Positions 1 through 10,463 are shown, numbered from the stretch's first letter. The stretch is DNA of 64,000 bases from Bacillota bacterium (GCA_044426085.1 JAWXUU010000011.1:3069-67068), one strand, 5' to 3'. The notes: generated by a model not told the origin, from the letters alone. Program-made: numbers and translations.

Positions 1-104
1 AAATAAAATCGCAAGATTTTTTTCAGAAGAAGTCGCTTTGGTGGTTTACGAAACAAAACAAACCACTTTAAATGCCGAGCTTACCTAATAAAGGAAGCTA
101 ATGA

Positions 105-626
<522 letters not shown>

Positions 627-646
627 GTCTTTAAACAGGAGAAATT

Positions 647-2728
647 ATGCCAAGAGAAATTGACTTGAAATACACGAGAAACATCGGTATCATGGCGCAT
701 ATCGACGCGGGTAAAACAACTACATCAGAAAGAATTTTGTTCTACACTGGTAAAGTTCATAAAATCGGCGAAGTACACGAAGGTGGCGCAACAATGGACT
801 GGATGGAACAAGAACAAGAACGTGGTATCACTATCACTTCTGCTTGTACAACAACTGTTTGGGCTGACCACAAAATCAACCTTATCGACACACCAGGGCA
901 CGTAGACTTCACTGTTGAAGTTGAAAGATCACTTCGTGTTCTTGATGGTGCTGTTGCTCTTTTCTGTGCTAAGGGTGGTGTTGAACCACAATCTGAAACA
1001 GTTTGGAGACAAGCAGATAAATACAAAGTTCCAAGAATTGCATTCGTAAACAAAATGGATATCAACGGTGCAAACTTCTTTGGCGCTGTAGAAATGATGA
1101 AATCTCGTTTGGGTGCAAATGCAACTCCAATCGAAATTCCAATCGGAAAAGAAGCAGAATTCGCCGGTGTTATCGACCTTATTGAAAATCACGCAACTTA
1201 TTATCTTGACGACCTTGGTCGCGATATGGAAGTTCGTGAAATTCCAGAAGACATGAAAGACATCGCTGAACAATACAGAATGGAACTTATCGAAAAAGTT
1301 TCAGAATGTGACGATGTTCTTTTCGAAAAATTTGTTGCTGAAGAAGAAATCACAAACGACGAAATCAAAGTTGCACTAAGAAAAGCTACGCTTGCAATGA
1401 TGGTTACTCCAGTTCTTTGTGGCTCAGCATACAAAAACAAAGGCGTTCAACCACTTATGGATGCAATCATTGCATACCTTCCTTCTCCACTTGATGTTGA
1501 AGACATCGTTGGTCAAGATGAAGATGGCAACGAAATGCACAGAACTGCTGGCGACAGCGAACCACTTGCTGGTCTTGCTTTCAAAATCGCAGTTGACCCA
1601 TACGTTGGTAAAATTTCATTCTTCAGAAACTATTCTGGTGTTTTGAAATCAGGTTCTTACGTTCTTAACTCAACAAAGAATAAGAAAGAAAGAATCGGAC
1701 GTATTTTGCAAATGCACTCTAACCAAAGAAAAGAAATCGATGAACTTTGCTCAGGCGACATCGGTGCTATCGTTGGTTTGAAATACACAACAACTGGTGA
1801 CACACTTTGTGATATTGATAACGTAATTATTTTGGAAAGCATGGAATTCCCAGAACCAGTTATCAAAGTTGCAATCGAACCAAAAACAAAAGCTGGTCAA
1901 GAAAAAATGACTCTTGCTCTAATTAAACTTGCTGAAGAAGATCCAACTTTCAAAGCATATACAGATCAAGAAACAGGTCAAACAATCATCGCCGGCATGG
2001 GTGAACTTCACCTAGAAATCATCGTTGACAGAATGATGAGAGAATTCAAAGTTGAAGCAAACGTGGGTGAACCACAAGTTGCCTACCGCGAAACTTTCAA
2101 AAATCTTGCAGACGTTGAAGGTAAGTTCGTTCGTCAATCAGGTGGTTCTGGTCAATACGGACATTGTAAAGTTCGCTTTGAACCACTCGAACCAGGTCAA
2201 GGTTATCAATTCGTTGATGAAACTGTTGGTGGATCAATTCCAAAACAATTCATCGCTCCAATTGATAAAGGTATCCAAGAAGCTTCTAAAAACGGTGTTC
2301 TTGCAGGCTACGAATGTGTAGACTTCAAAGCAACAGTTTACGATGGTTCTTTCCACCAAGTTGACTCATCTGAAATGGCGTTCAAAATCGCAGGTTCAAT
2401 GGCGTTCAAAGAAGGTATGAAGAAAGGTACTCCAGTGCTTCTCGAACCAATGATGAAAGTTGAAGTTGTTCTTCCAGAAGACTACTTCGGTGATATCATG
2501 GGTAACGTATCATCTCGTCGTGGTATTATCTGTTCAACAGAAGATAGAAACGGATCAAAAGTTATCAATGCTGAAATCCCACTATCAATGATGTTCGGAT
2601 ATGCAACAGATTTGCGTTCAAGAACACAAGGTCGTGGTTCGTTCTCTATGCAGTTCAGCCACTATTCTGAACTTCCAAAATCGCTTGCTGAAAAAGTAAT
2701 CGGTGACAGAGCGAAGAAAAACGACTAA
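647..2728 (+). CDS. fusA: Elongation factor G
   Basis: 693-aa translation with GTPase motifs [17 protein letters not shown] and NKMD. Full-length EF-G architecture and rpsG-fusA-tuf synteny. Confidence 0.97.
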   Translation: MPREIDLKYTRNIGIMAHIDAGKTTTSERILFYTGKVHKIGEVHEGGATMDWMEQEQERGITITSACTTTVWADHKINLIDTPGHVDFTVEVERSLRVLDGAVALFCAKGGVEPQSETVWRQADKYKVPRIAFVNKMDINGANFFGAVEMMKSRLGANATPIEIPIGKEAEFAGVIDLIENHATYYLDDLGRDMEVREIPEDMKDIAEQYRMELIEKVSECDDVLFEKFVAEEEITNDEIKVALRKATLAMMVTPVLCGSAYKNKGVQPLMDAIIAYLPSPLDVEDIVGQDEDGNEMHRTAGDSEPLAGLAFKIAVDPYVGKISFFRNYSGVLKSGSYVLNSTKNKKERIGRILQMHSNQRKEIDELCSGDIGAIVGLKYTTTGDTLCDIDNVIILESMEFPEPVIKVAIEPKTKAGQEKMTLALIKLAEEDPTFKAYTDQETGQTIIAGMGELHLEIIVDRMMREFKVEANVGEPQVAYRETFKNLADVEGKFVRQSGGSGQYGHCKVRFEPLEPGQGYQFVDETVGGSIPKQFIAPIDKGIQEASKNGVLAGYECVDFKATVYDGSFHQVDSSEMAFKIAGSMAFKEGMKKGTPVLLEPMMKVEVVLPEDYFGDIMGNVSSRRGIICSTEDRNGSKVINAEIPLSMMFGYATDLRSRTQGRGSFSMQFSHYSELPKSLAEKVIGDRAKKND

Positions 2729-2741
2729 TAATAAGCAAAAA

Positions 2742-2780
2742 AGTTGCATTTTTTCTACATTTTTTAAAAAAAATGCAACT
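2742..2780 (+). terminator. Hairpin after fusA (terminator/attenuator candidate)
   Basis: Inverted repeat AGTTGCATTTTTT / AAAAAAAATGCAACT directly after the fusA stop, with A/T tracts on both sides. Confidence 0.45.
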
Positions 2781-2796
2781 AATAGCATAAAAGGTG

Positions 2797-2825
2797 TTGT
2801 ATGACATCGCAAAAAATGCTATAAT
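2797..2825 (+). promoter_or_regulatory. Candidate sigma-A promoter for tuf
   Basis: TTGTAT (2797-2802), 17-nt spacer, TGcTATAAT (TATAAT 2820-2825). Sequence-only prediction. Confidence 0.4.
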
Positions 2826-2898
2826 ATAAAAAATTTCTTTTTAACAAAAAGGATTTAATAAAAAAACATATATAAAGATTATCAGGAGGAATTTTATA

Positions 2899-4107
2899 AT
2901 GGCAAAAGCTAAATTTGACAGAAGTAAGCCACACGTAAACATTGGTACTGTTGGTCACGTCGATCACGGTAAAACAACTTTGACAGCAGCAATCACAATG
3001 GTTATGGCTGCACAAGGTGGCGCTGAAGCTATGAAGTACGATCAAATCGACAAAGCTCCAGAAGAAAGAGAAAGAGGTATTACAATCAACACAGCTCACG
3101 TTGAATACCAAACACCTAACAGACACTACGCTCACGTAGACTGCCCAGGACATGCCGATTACGTTAAAAACATGATCACAGGTGCTGCACAAATGGACGG
3201 AGCTATTCTTGTAGTTGCTGCGTCTGACGGTCCAATGCCACAAACAAGAGAACACATCTTGCTTGCGTCACAAGTTGGTGTTAAACACATCGTTGTTTTC
3301 ATGAACAAAACTGACCTTGTTGATGATGAAGAACTTCTTGAACTTGTAGAAATGGAAATCAGAGAATTGCTTTCTAAATATGGCTACCCAGGAGACGACA
3401 TCCCAGTTGTTAAAGGTTCAGCTGTTAAAGCAATGGAATCATGCGCAACTTCAGGCAACGCTGATGATGCTGCTTGTGATTGCATTAAAGAACTTATGGA
3501 TGCAGTTGATAACTATATCCCAGCTCCAGAAAGAGATGGCGACAAACCATTCTTGATGCCAGTTGAAGGCGTACACACAATCGCAGGTCGTGGAACAGTT
3601 GTTACAGGCCGTGTAGAAAGAGGTGTATGTAAAGTTGGTGAAACAATTGAAATCGTTGGTATCAAAGAAAAATCAGCTTCAACAGTTGTAACTGGTCTTG
3701 AAATGTTCCACAAATCACTTGATGAAGCTATGGCAGGGGACAACATTGGTGCTCTTCTTCGTGGTGTTGATAGAAACGCCGTTGAAAGAGGTCAAGTACT
3801 TGCTAAACCAGGTTCAATCAAACCACACAAAAAATACGAAGGTCAAGTATACGTACTAACTAAAGATGAAGGCGGACGTCACACTCCATTCTTCAACGGA
3901 TACAGACCACAATTCTTCTTCAGAACTACTGACGTAACAGGTTCACTACACTTGCCAGCAGGCGTAGAAATGGTTATGCCTGGTGATAACATCACTATGA
4001 CAATCGAACTTATCACTCCAGTTGCTATCGAAGAAAACCTACGTTTCGCTATCCGTGAAGGTGGCAGAACTGTTGGTTCAGGTGTCGTAACAAAAATCTT
4101 GGACTAA
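2899..4107 (+). CDS. tuf: Elongation factor Tu
   Basis: [39 protein letters not shown]. 402 aa. AGGAGG at 2884-2889. Confidence 0.97.
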   Translation: MAKAKFDRSKPHVNIGTVGHVDHGKTTLTAAITMVMAAQGGAEAMKYDQIDKAPEERERGITINTAHVEYQTPNRHYAHVDCPGHADYVKNMITGAAQMDGAILVVAASDGPMPQTREHILLASQVGVKHIVVFMNKTDLVDDEELLELVEMEIRELLSKYGYPGDDIPVVKGSAVKAMESCATSGNADDAACDCIKELMDAVDNYIPAPERDGDKPFLMPVEGVHTIAGRGTVVTGRVERGVCKVGETIEIVGIKEKSASTVVTGLEMFHKSLDEAMAGDNIGALLRGVDRNAVERGQVLAKPGSIKPHKKYEGQVYVLTKDEGGRHTPFFNGYRPQFFFRTTDVTGSLHLPAGVEMVMPGDNITMTIELITPVAIEENLRFAIREGGRTVGSGVVTKILD

Positions 4108-4120
4108 TTTGCATAAAATA

Positions 4121-4147
4121 AAGAGACCTTCGGGTCTCTTTTTTTTA
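4121..4147 (+). terminator. Rho-independent terminator of tuf
   Basis: AAGAGACC-TTCG-GGTCTCTT stem-loop followed by a T tract. Confidence 0.8.
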
Positions 4148-4289
4148 TGCAAATTAGTCCGCCCCGCTGTAGTGGGTCTTTTTGGGCTTTTTCAGCCCGA
4201 TGCGAGCTCGGCATATGCTAATATCGCCTTCACTCGCCTCGAACTGAAAAATTCCCAAAAATCCTCCACCACAGCTGCTTGCCCCAGTT

Positions 4290-4640
4290 GTGCGTAGGTT
4301 CGCGGGTGGGGCGACCCGTTGGGTCGCGGCAATGTTTTAAGTTTTTGCAAGCGAAAGCTTTGCTTTCGGCTTGTGGGGGTGCCCTTTGGGCACTTTCAAT
4401 GTTTTAAGTTTTTGCAAGCGAAAATCTTCGATTTTCGACTTGTAAGGAATTTTTTCAATTATTAGGTTGCAAGCGAGGGCTGTTGCCCTCGGCTTGTAAG
4501 GAATTTTTTTTAATTATTTGGTTGCAAGCGAAAGTTTTACTTTCGGCTTGTAAGGAATTTTTTCAATTATTAGGTGCAAGCAAAGGCTTTGCCTTTGGCT
4601 TGTGGGGGTGGCGACGAAGTCGCCACGGGCAATTTATGAG
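4290..4640. repeat. Array of about 55-60-bp hairpin repeats with covarying inner stems
   Basis: Five units TGCAAGCG-[inner hairpin]-CGGCTTGT. Inner stems are GAAAGC/GCTTTC, GAAAATC/GATTTTC, GAGGGC/GCCCTC, GAAAGT/ACTTTC and AAAGGC/GCCTTT. Most units are followed by AAGGAATTTTTT. GC-rich hairpins (GGGGCGACCC..GGGTCGC, GGGTGCCC..GGGCAC, GGTGGCGAC..GTCGCCAC) are interspersed. Confidence 0.7.
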
Positions 4641-4947
4641 TGGGGCGAATGGGAAGAGTGGATAGAATTTGTGTTTAGGCAAGGAAAATGCTGAAAGGGA
4701 GGGCGCGTACTCATGTACGTAACCGACCGAAGGCATTTGACACAGCATAAACGCAAATTATATCCACTCTTTTGGTTTGTTTGCACAAGCGTTGCTTTTG
4801 TACGGCGTGGGAACTTTGTTTTAGTGTTTTGGCTTGTTATACGTTGACTTTTTGTGTTAAATAATGATATACTTTTGGCATAATCAAATAAGGGGAAACT
4901 CAGGTGGCTATTAACATTGAGAATCATGATGTAGCAAGCAAGGTAAA

Positions 4948-5472
4948 GTGAAAGAAGAGCCACAAGTTTCTGTTGAAGGTAGTAAAGTGAAAAAAGAAAA
5001 AATTAAAAAAGAAAAAACTAAAAAAGAAAAAACTAAAAAAGAAAAAGTTAATAAAGAAAAAGTTGAAAAATCCAAAGGTGCGGACAAATTAACTGTCGGC
5101 AATTTTATCAGCGAGATGGATTCAAAATTTGAAAAATTCGCGTTTGGTGGTGTTGCGGGCAAGCTTAAGGTTGTTTCGAAAGTGCTTATGTATTTGTTTA
5201 TTTTGTTCGGATTTTTCGGGCTTATTTTGACAGCTATGCTAACTTCAAGCTTGGGCGTTGTTGGTGTTTTAGTGGCGCTGTTTTTGGTGTGTGTATTTAT
5301 TTTTGTGGGGTACACAATTTCCGCATTGCTTTATGGTTTTGGGCATGCGATTGAAAATTCTGAAAAGTCGAAATCAGACTTAGGCAGTGTGATTTTGCAA
5401 AGCGCAACCACTGCTCAGATTCAAAAACAAGACGCAGAAATCCAAATCGATAACGAGTTCCCAGAATTTTAG
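4948..5472 (+). CDS. Hypothetical membrane protein with Lys/Glu-rich N-terminal repeats
   Basis: GTG start. 174 aa. KKEK(I/T/V) repeats followed by hydrophobic helices. No family recognised. Confidence 0.45.
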   Translation: MKEEPQVSVEGSKVKKEKIKKEKTKKEKTKKEKVNKEKVEKSKGADKLTVGNFISEMDSKFEKFAFGGVAGKLKVVSKVLMYLFILFGFFGLILTAMLTSSLGVVGVLVALFLVCVFIFVGYTISALLYGFGHAIENSEKSKSDLGSVILQSATTAQIQKQDAEIQIDNEFPEF

Positions 5473-5480
5473 AGGTTATA

Positions 5481-7580
5481 ATGAAATACGAGATTATAAA
5501 GGCGACGGATAATAAAACCTTTATGCTTGATTGTCCCATTCAGCTTATCAAAAGCATGGTGACAAGGGAAGCAGAAACGGGGATTTATTATTTAAACGTG
5601 AGATATTTCAGCATGGCAGAAAAGGATATCCAAACTGTCTGTTTGAAGTTGAGCGTGAAATCTAAGGGCGCTATCAAAATCAATTCTACATATATCTTCC
5701 AGCCAAAAAACGGCAGTGGAATGATTCAAAACGATAAACCGCACCCATTTTATTTGGGTGAATATAAAGATGTCGATTTTTTTGTTTCAAAGATAATTTT
5801 CACCGATGGTTCGCAGTGGCTTGGTTCTTCCAAACCGCAGTATTCCGACGTGCCGGAAAAAGCTGACATCGCAAAATACGATAAATATAAATATCACATT
5901 GATAAGAAGTTCCAAGGCGTGAATGTCAAATATGCCTTTTCAGAAAACGCACATTTGTGGCGTTGCGTTTGTGGCTGTGTAAACCAAAACAAGCAGTGTT
6001 TTTCTTGCGGTTGCGACGGGCTTGAAACGCGCAATTTCTTTGATGCCGAAAGGTTAGAGCGTGAATACAGCTGGTGGCAAGAAAAGCTTGCGTGCGACGA
6101 AAGCATGGTGTCAGAACTTGAAACGTTGCAAGAAACAAAGCGTTATTCTGAAATTTTCGACGCGCAAATAAGAAAGACAAAATCACAAAGCTCAAAAGAT
6201 GTCGCAGATGCTATTGTCACAATCAACGAGATATATAACGAAGAAAACTTCCTAAAAAAAGTGCAAGCGGAAGAACTTTTGGCGCGTGCAAATGCCAAGT
6301 TTGAAGAACGAAAAGAAGCTGAGTGGGGTCAAAGACATTGGATGGCTTCAATCCAAAACAAACTTGCGGAAGAAAAACGTATCAAACAAATCAAAACAGC
6401 AAAAAGAAACAAAGTGACAGCGATTATATCAACAACTGTCCTATCCATTTGCGTAATTGCAGTGTCGCTTTTCTATGCGATGACCAACTATGTCATTCCA
6501 GAATGGCAATACACAAGCGGTATGGAAAGTTTCAACAATCAGCAATATTCCGAGGCTATCGACATTTTCACCGAGCTTGGCGAATATGAAGATTCGTCCG
6601 ATATGGTGCTGGAAAGCTGGTATCAAATGGCGGTCGATTATATCGAATCAGATGATTATAACAGCGCAAGAAACGTGTTCCTCACGATTTCAGAATATAA
6701 AAACTCTGCAGTATATTTGGTGATTGCCGATAAAATGGAAGGTGAAGATTATCTTTCTCAAGGCAGGTTTGAAGACGCACTTGAAATGTTCGCACTCGTT
6801 GCGGATGAAGATGGTGTTGCGCTTATGCAAGATGAATGTTATTATGGGCTTGCGCTTGCCGCTTTCAATTCTGATGATATAGACACCGCTCTTGAAATGT
6901 TCTTGCTTGCCAATGAATACAGCAATTCGGAAGATTACATCGTCAGCATCATCAAAACAAAAGCCGACGCGTATTATCAAGCGGGTGATTATGCAAACCT
7001 TATCACTCTTCTTGAATTCAGAACGGATGATTTTGTTGCTACCTACCTTGCTGAAGTTGTTCCGATATACGAAAGCTATGCTCAAGCATATTATGACAAC
7101 GGTGATTATGCAACGTCAAAAACAATGTATCTTATTTTGGCAAACGTGACTGATTATCTCGGCTCAACGGCGAGCAATCGTGTTGTGGCATACCCAGTGT
7201 TCTGCGATGCGAGAATGTACGCAAACAACTATGATGAAGTTGTCAAGGTGTTTGATTTGAGCTACGAATCGTTCGACGTTATCGAAGATGTTCAAGGCTA
7301 TATGGTTCAATTCCTTGCTGAATATAAATGGGTGACTTATGCCGGCACATCAACAGACAGCAGTGATTCAACAACCGATCGTTATATCAGCGTGGATGAA
7401 GATGGCTACGCAACATATTCTATGCAATCTTCAACATCAGGCAGTGGCGACTTGACATATTATGACGGCATGCTTTATGTGGATGGCGAAAAATTGTTCG
7501 AAATGCGTATCACAAGCTACAGCAGTATCGTGTTCACAATCAGCAAAACTGAATATGTTTATGCAAGAACAAACGGATAA
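5481..7580 (+). CDS. Hypothetical membrane protein with zinc-ribbon-like Cys cluster and TPR/Sel1-like helical repeats
   Basis: 699 aa. Contains CVCGCVNQNKQCFSCGC, a coiled-coil stretch and one TM helix (TAIISTTVLSICVIAVSLFYAM). This is followed by repeated Y/D/A-rich helical units (SEAIDIFTELGEYEDS, YNSARNVFLTISEYKNS ...). Confidence 0.6.
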   Translation: MKYEIIKATDNKTFMLDCPIQLIKSMVTREAETGIYYLNVRYFSMAEKDIQTVCLKLSVKSKGAIKINSTYIFQPKNGSGMIQNDKPHPFYLGEYKDVDFFVSKIIFTDGSQWLGSSKPQYSDVPEKADIAKYDKYKYHIDKKFQGVNVKYAFSENAHLWRCVCGCVNQNKQCFSCGCDGLETRNFFDAERLEREYSWWQEKLACDESMVSELETLQETKRYSEIFDAQIRKTKSQSSKDVADAIVTINEIYNEENFLKKVQAEELLARANAKFEERKEAEWGQRHWMASIQNKLAEEKRIKQIKTAKRNKVTAIISTTVLSICVIAVSLFYAMTNYVIPEWQYTSGMESFNNQQYSEAIDIFTELGEYEDSSDMVLESWYQMAVDYIESDDYNSARNVFLTISEYKNSAVYLVIADKMEGEDYLSQGRFEDALEMFALVADEDGVALMQDECYYGLALAAFNSDDIDTALEMFLLANEYSNSEDYIVSIIKTKADAYYQAGDYANLITLLEFRTDDFVATYLAEVVPIYESYAQAYYDNGDYATSKTMYLILANVTDYLGSTASNRVVAYPVFCDARMYANNYDEVVKVFDLSYESFDVIEDVQGYMVQFLAEYKWVTYAGTSTDSSDSTTDRYISVDEDGYATYSMQSSTSGSGDLTYYDGMLYVDGEKLFEMRITSYSSIVFTISKTEYVYARTNG

Positions 7581-7682
7581 ATTATTATAAAACATAAAAG
7601 TGGAAACTTAAAAATAAAGCTTAAAATGAAAGCTTGAAACTTGAAAATAAAGGTTTAAACAAAAGTTGAAACTTGAAAAAAT

Positions 7683-7719
7683 AAAAACTGCGAAAGTCAA
7701 AAAAACTTTCGCAGTTTTT
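7683..7719. terminator. Bidirectional terminator between convergent genes
   Basis: CTGCGAAAGT / ACTTTCGCAG stem flanked by an A run and a T run. It overlaps the last codons of sigF. Confidence 0.6.
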
Positions 7720-8416
7720 GCATTATTTTGGATTCTATGCGGGAAATTTGCACTTGCGACACTCCGAAGTGCACGGCGATTTCGCCTTGTGTTTTATCGT
7801 GGAAATATCGCATAAACAGGATTTTTTGTTCCCTTTCATCAAGTGTTTTGATTGCGTCTTTAAGTGCGATTTTATTTAGCATTTTTTCGGGGGAAAGTTT
7901 GCCTTCTATCTTTTCGATATACATTCTTGAATTGCCCGAAGCGCTGTCTGGCTTGTCGAACAGCGAAAGCGTGCCACGCGCCGATTGAACCGCCAAAACA
8001 ACATCAGCTTGCTCGCATTCTAGGGCGGTTGCAATTTCGGATATTGTGGGTTCGTTTTGGTGAATTTTGCGATAGTCGTCGGAAAATTTAGCGACTTTAT
8101 AATAAAGAACTTTTATCGAGCGGGAAATTTTGATGTTGCCGTCGTCACGCATAAATCGCTTGATTTCGCCGAGAATCATGGGCACTGCATAAGTGGAAAA
8201 CATCACGCCAAACGCGGGGTCAAACCCCTTTATTGCTTTCAAAAACCCCACGCATCCAAGCTGAAACAAATCGTCATAATCAACACCTTTGGCAAGGTAT
8301 CTGCGAACAAGGCTTTTGATAAGCGGATAGTTGTGAAAAAGCAGTTTTTCCTTGGCACTTTCGTCGCCGTTCTGAGCCGTATTTATCAACTTCAGGGTCT
8401 CTTCGTGTGACAGCAT
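7697..8416 (-). CDS. sigF: Sporulation sigma factor F
   Basis: 239 aa with sigma-70 regions 2-4 (DLFQLGCVGFLKAIKGFDP, TQGEIAVHFGVSQVQISRIE). It is the last gene of a spoIIAA-spoIIAB-sigF operon. Confidence 0.9.
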   Translation of the reverse strand: MLSHEETLKLINTAQNGDESAKEKLLFHNYPLIKSLVRRYLAKGVDYDDLFQLGCVGFLKAIKGFDPAFGVMFSTYAVPMILGEIKRFMRDDGNIKISRSIKVLYYKVAKFSDDYRKIHQNEPTISEIATALECEQADVVLAVQSARGTLSLFDKPDSASGNSRMYIEKIEGKLSPEKMLNKIALKDAIKTLDEREQKILFMRYFHDKTQGEIAVHFGVSQVQISRIESKIMQKLRKFF

Positions 8417-8459
8417 GGCTATCCCTCCTTAAATTTATGTAGTGCCTTGAAAGGTAGGT

Positions 8460-8870
8460 TCAAAATTGCTTTTTGATTTTAACAAGAAGCCCAACCTCGC
8501 AGTTTTCAACAGTCATTTCGTCGGTAAGGGCGGAAATCAGCGTGAAGCCAAGCCCTGCGCGCTCTTCGTTTTCTTTAGTGGTGAAAAACGGCTGTGTCGC
8601 CTTTTTTATATCGGGAATTCCGCACCCAAAATCGCGAATAGATATTTCCATCAAGCGGTCGCAAACGGAGCAATCAAGGTGAATTTCTCCGCCGTTTTTG
8701 TGGTATGCGTGAACAACGCAATTTGTGACTGCTTCGGAAATCGCCGTTTTGATATCGGAAATCTGTTCAAGGGTTGGCGAAAGTGGAAGTGCGAAAGTTG
8801 CGACAACATTGCGAAGAAAACTCTCGTTTTCAGATATGGCATCGGTTTTTATGTGAAAATTATTTTGCAT
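8460..8870 (-). CDS. spoIIAB: Anti-sigma F factor (serine kinase)
   Basis: MQNNFHIKTDAISENESFLRNVVATF...AISEAVTNCVVHAY. HATPase-like. AGGAGA RBS before ATG at 8870 (track ORF extends to 8903). Operon position supports the call. Confidence 0.9.
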   Translation of the reverse strand: MQNNFHIKTDAISENESFLRNVVATFALPLSPTLEQISDIKTAISEAVTNCVVHAYHKNGGEIHLDCSVCDRLMEISIRDFGCGIPDIKKATQPFFTTKENEERAGLGFTLISALTDEMTVENCEVGLLVKIKKQF

Positions 8871-8880
8871 GGTATCTCTC

Positions 8881-9186
8881 CTAAATCTTTGGCATAATCT
8901 CATACAGCCCCGTGGTTTTCATGATTTTATCCATCTGTGGCTGTGGGTTGCGAATATAAAGCGGTGTTTTATTGCGTGATAAAAGCTTGAATCTGCCAAT
9001 AAAAAGCCCAATCCCTGTGGAATCGGCAAAAGCAAGCTGGGATAGGTCAAAAATCACCTTCTGAAAATGCGTGGAAACAATCACGGCATCAATTTTGTCC
9101 CGAACAAGCCCCGCGGCATATTCATCCAGTTCGCCGTTAAACCAGAAAATCAAGTCGGAATCTATTATCTGATATTTAATTTGCAT
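8881..9186 (-). CDS. spoIIAA: Anti-anti-sigma F factor (STAS domain)
   Basis: MQIKYQIIDSDLIFWFNGELDEYAAGLVRDKID...DSTGIGLFIGR. GGAGGG RBS before ATG at 9186 (track ORF extends to 9276). Confidence 0.9.
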   Translation of the reverse strand: MQIKYQIIDSDLIFWFNGELDEYAAGLVRDKIDAVIVSTHFQKVIFDLSQLAFADSTGIGLFIGRFKLLSRNKTPLYIRNPQPQMDKIMKTTGLYEIMPKI

Positions 9187-9275
9187 GTGAAACCCTCCTT
9201 GGTTTATTATATTAGAAATAACAAATAAAAGTGGTAGAGTTTTTGACGAAAAAAGGGGCAACGCGAAGCGTTGCA

Positions 9276-9458
9276 ATTAAAAATTAAAAATTGAAAATTA
9301 AAAATTGTGGTAATGCACTCGCCTTCGGCTCGTGCTTTTCAATTATATTTGTAATCAATGGTAGGAACGTAACTATTTAATAGGAGCGTTCCTTTTTTTT
9401 TGTATCCAAATATAATTGAGTGCACGAGCAACGCGAGTGCCTACCACAATTTTTAATT
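9276..9458. repeat. Palindromic MITE-like intergenic element, copy 1
   Basis: (AAAATT)n arm + TGTGGTAATGCACTCGCCTTCGGCTCGTGC ... central hairpin GGAACG..CGTTCC + T run ... GCACGAGCAACGCGAGTGCCTACCACA + AATTTTT arm. The same architecture occurs at 26275-26478 and 33957-34180. Confidence 0.75.
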
Positions 9459-9557
9459 ATCAAAGCTTGAAAAATTTTTGTATCTAGAAACCCTACGCTT
9501 TCCCCTCTAAAAAATCCGCTTTGTACTAAAAAAGTTTAAAAAACATGCAAAAAACTC

Positions 9558-9587
9558 TTGACTTTATATTGGTATATTTGATATTAT
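9558..9587 (+). promoter_or_regulatory. Candidate tRNA-operon promoter P1
   Basis: TTGACT (9558-9563), 18-nt spacer, TGaTATTAT (9582-9587). Confidence 0.4.
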
Positions 9588-9684
9588 ATTAATGCTCACC
9601 AAAAGGAAACGACGCGGTGACAGAGTCGTTTGCTATAAGAGATAAATAAAACTTAAAGTTTTTTTAGAAAGTTTGCCAAAACGC

Positions 9685-9714
9685 TTGACAACTAATAGTG
9701 ATTTGTAGTAAAAT
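9685..9714 (+). promoter_or_regulatory. Candidate tRNA-operon promoter P2
   Basis: TTGACA (9685-9690), 18-nt spacer, TAAAAT (9709-9714), about 35 nt upstream of tRNA-Pro. Confidence 0.5.
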
Positions 9715-9747
9715 GCAATAGCGTTGTGAGTCAGATATGACACATTT

Positions 9748-9824
9748 CGGGGTGTAGCGCAGTTTGGTAGCGCACGTGGTTTGGGACCATGGGGCCGAAG
9801 GTTCGAATCCTTTCACCCCGACCA
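9748..9824 (+). tRNA. tRNA-Pro (UGG)
   Basis: Cloverleaf folded by hand. Acceptor CGGGGTG/CACCCCG, anticodon loop TTTGGGA, T-loop GGTTCGAATCC, encoded CCA. Confidence 0.9.
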
Positions 9825-9837
9825 CAACAAACTTTAA

Positions 9838-9914
9838 GGGCCTTTAGCTCAGTTGGTTAGAGCGGTCGGCTCATAACCGATTGGTCAGGGGTTCAAGTCC
9901 CTTAAGGCCCACCA
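9838..9914 (+). tRNA. tRNA with CAU anticodon (elongator Met or Ile2)
   Basis: Acceptor GGGCCTT/AAGGCCC, anticodon loop CTCATAA, encoded CCA. It is not initiator-like, because the anticodon stem lacks three G-C pairs. Confidence 0.85.
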
Positions 9915-9953
9915 ATAACAACTTAATACCGTTTTCCAATGGGTAAAAAGCAT

Positions 9954-10030
9954 GGCCTGGTAGTTCAGATGGTTAGAACGCTAGCCTGTCACGCTAGAGG
10001 TCGAGAGTTCGAGTCTCTTCCAGGTCGCCA
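9954..10030 (+). tRNA. tRNA-Asp (GUC)
   Basis: Acceptor GGCCTGG/CCAGGTC, anticodon loop CTGTCAC, encoded CCA. Confidence 0.9.
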
Positions 10031-10036
10031 TTTTTT

Positions 10037-10112
10037 GCCCCGGTAGCTCAGTCGGTAGAGCAGTAGACTGAAAATCTACGTGTCGGTGGTTCGATTCCGC
10101 CCCGGGGCACCA
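10037..10112 (+). tRNA. tRNA-Phe (GAA)
   Basis: Acceptor GCCCCGG/CCGGGGC, anticodon loop CTGAAAA, encoded CCA. Confidence 0.9.
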
Positions 10113-10153
10113 TTTGGAAAAACAAAACAATGAAAAGGCAATAAGGCAAATAT

Positions 10154-10230
10154 GCTGGTGTAGCTCAACTAGGCAGAGCAACTGACTTGTAATCAGTAGG
10201 TTGCGGGTTCGATTCCCATCACCAGCTCCA
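10154..10230 (+). tRNA. tRNA-Thr (UGU)
   Basis: Acceptor GCTGGTG/CACCAGC, anticodon loop CTTGTAA, encoded CCA. Confidence 0.88.
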
Positions 10231-10270
10231 TTGAAATTTTAGGATTTAGCAATAAATCCTAAAACCATAT

Positions 10271-10360
<90 letters not shown>

Positions 10361-10463
10361 AGCATTAAATCTAACGATTTAGTGCTTTTTTTATGTATTT
10401 TTATCGAAAATCACTGCTTTTTCCTATTAAATAAATAGGATCACGTTTATAACGCTTTTTTTG

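Noticed and set aside
757-3746. Numerous 60-160-aa ORFs antisense to or out of frame within fusA and tuf.
   Set aside because: They lie entirely inside two highly conserved, confidently identified genes. They have no SD and give low-complexity translations.
4290-4640. The repeat-spacer look of the hairpin array suggested a CRISPR array.
   Set aside because: The repeats are themselves variable in their inner stems. The intervening segments are short, A/T-rich and also repeated (AAGGAATTTTTTCAATTATTAGGT). There are no cas genes or leader in the window.
9187-9260. Possible Spo0A box (TTCGTCA) and sigma-H promoter upstream of spoIIAA.
   Set aside because: There is only a one-mismatch half-site, and I could not find a convincing sigma-H -35/-10 pair by eye. 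The evidence is too weak to annotate.
9981-10181. 66-aa minus-strand ORF across the first tRNA cluster. Similar ORFs lie at 35807-36070 and 36122-36346 across the second cluster.
   Set aside because: They overlap several well-folding tRNA genes. They are artefacts of the stop-free tRNA sequence.
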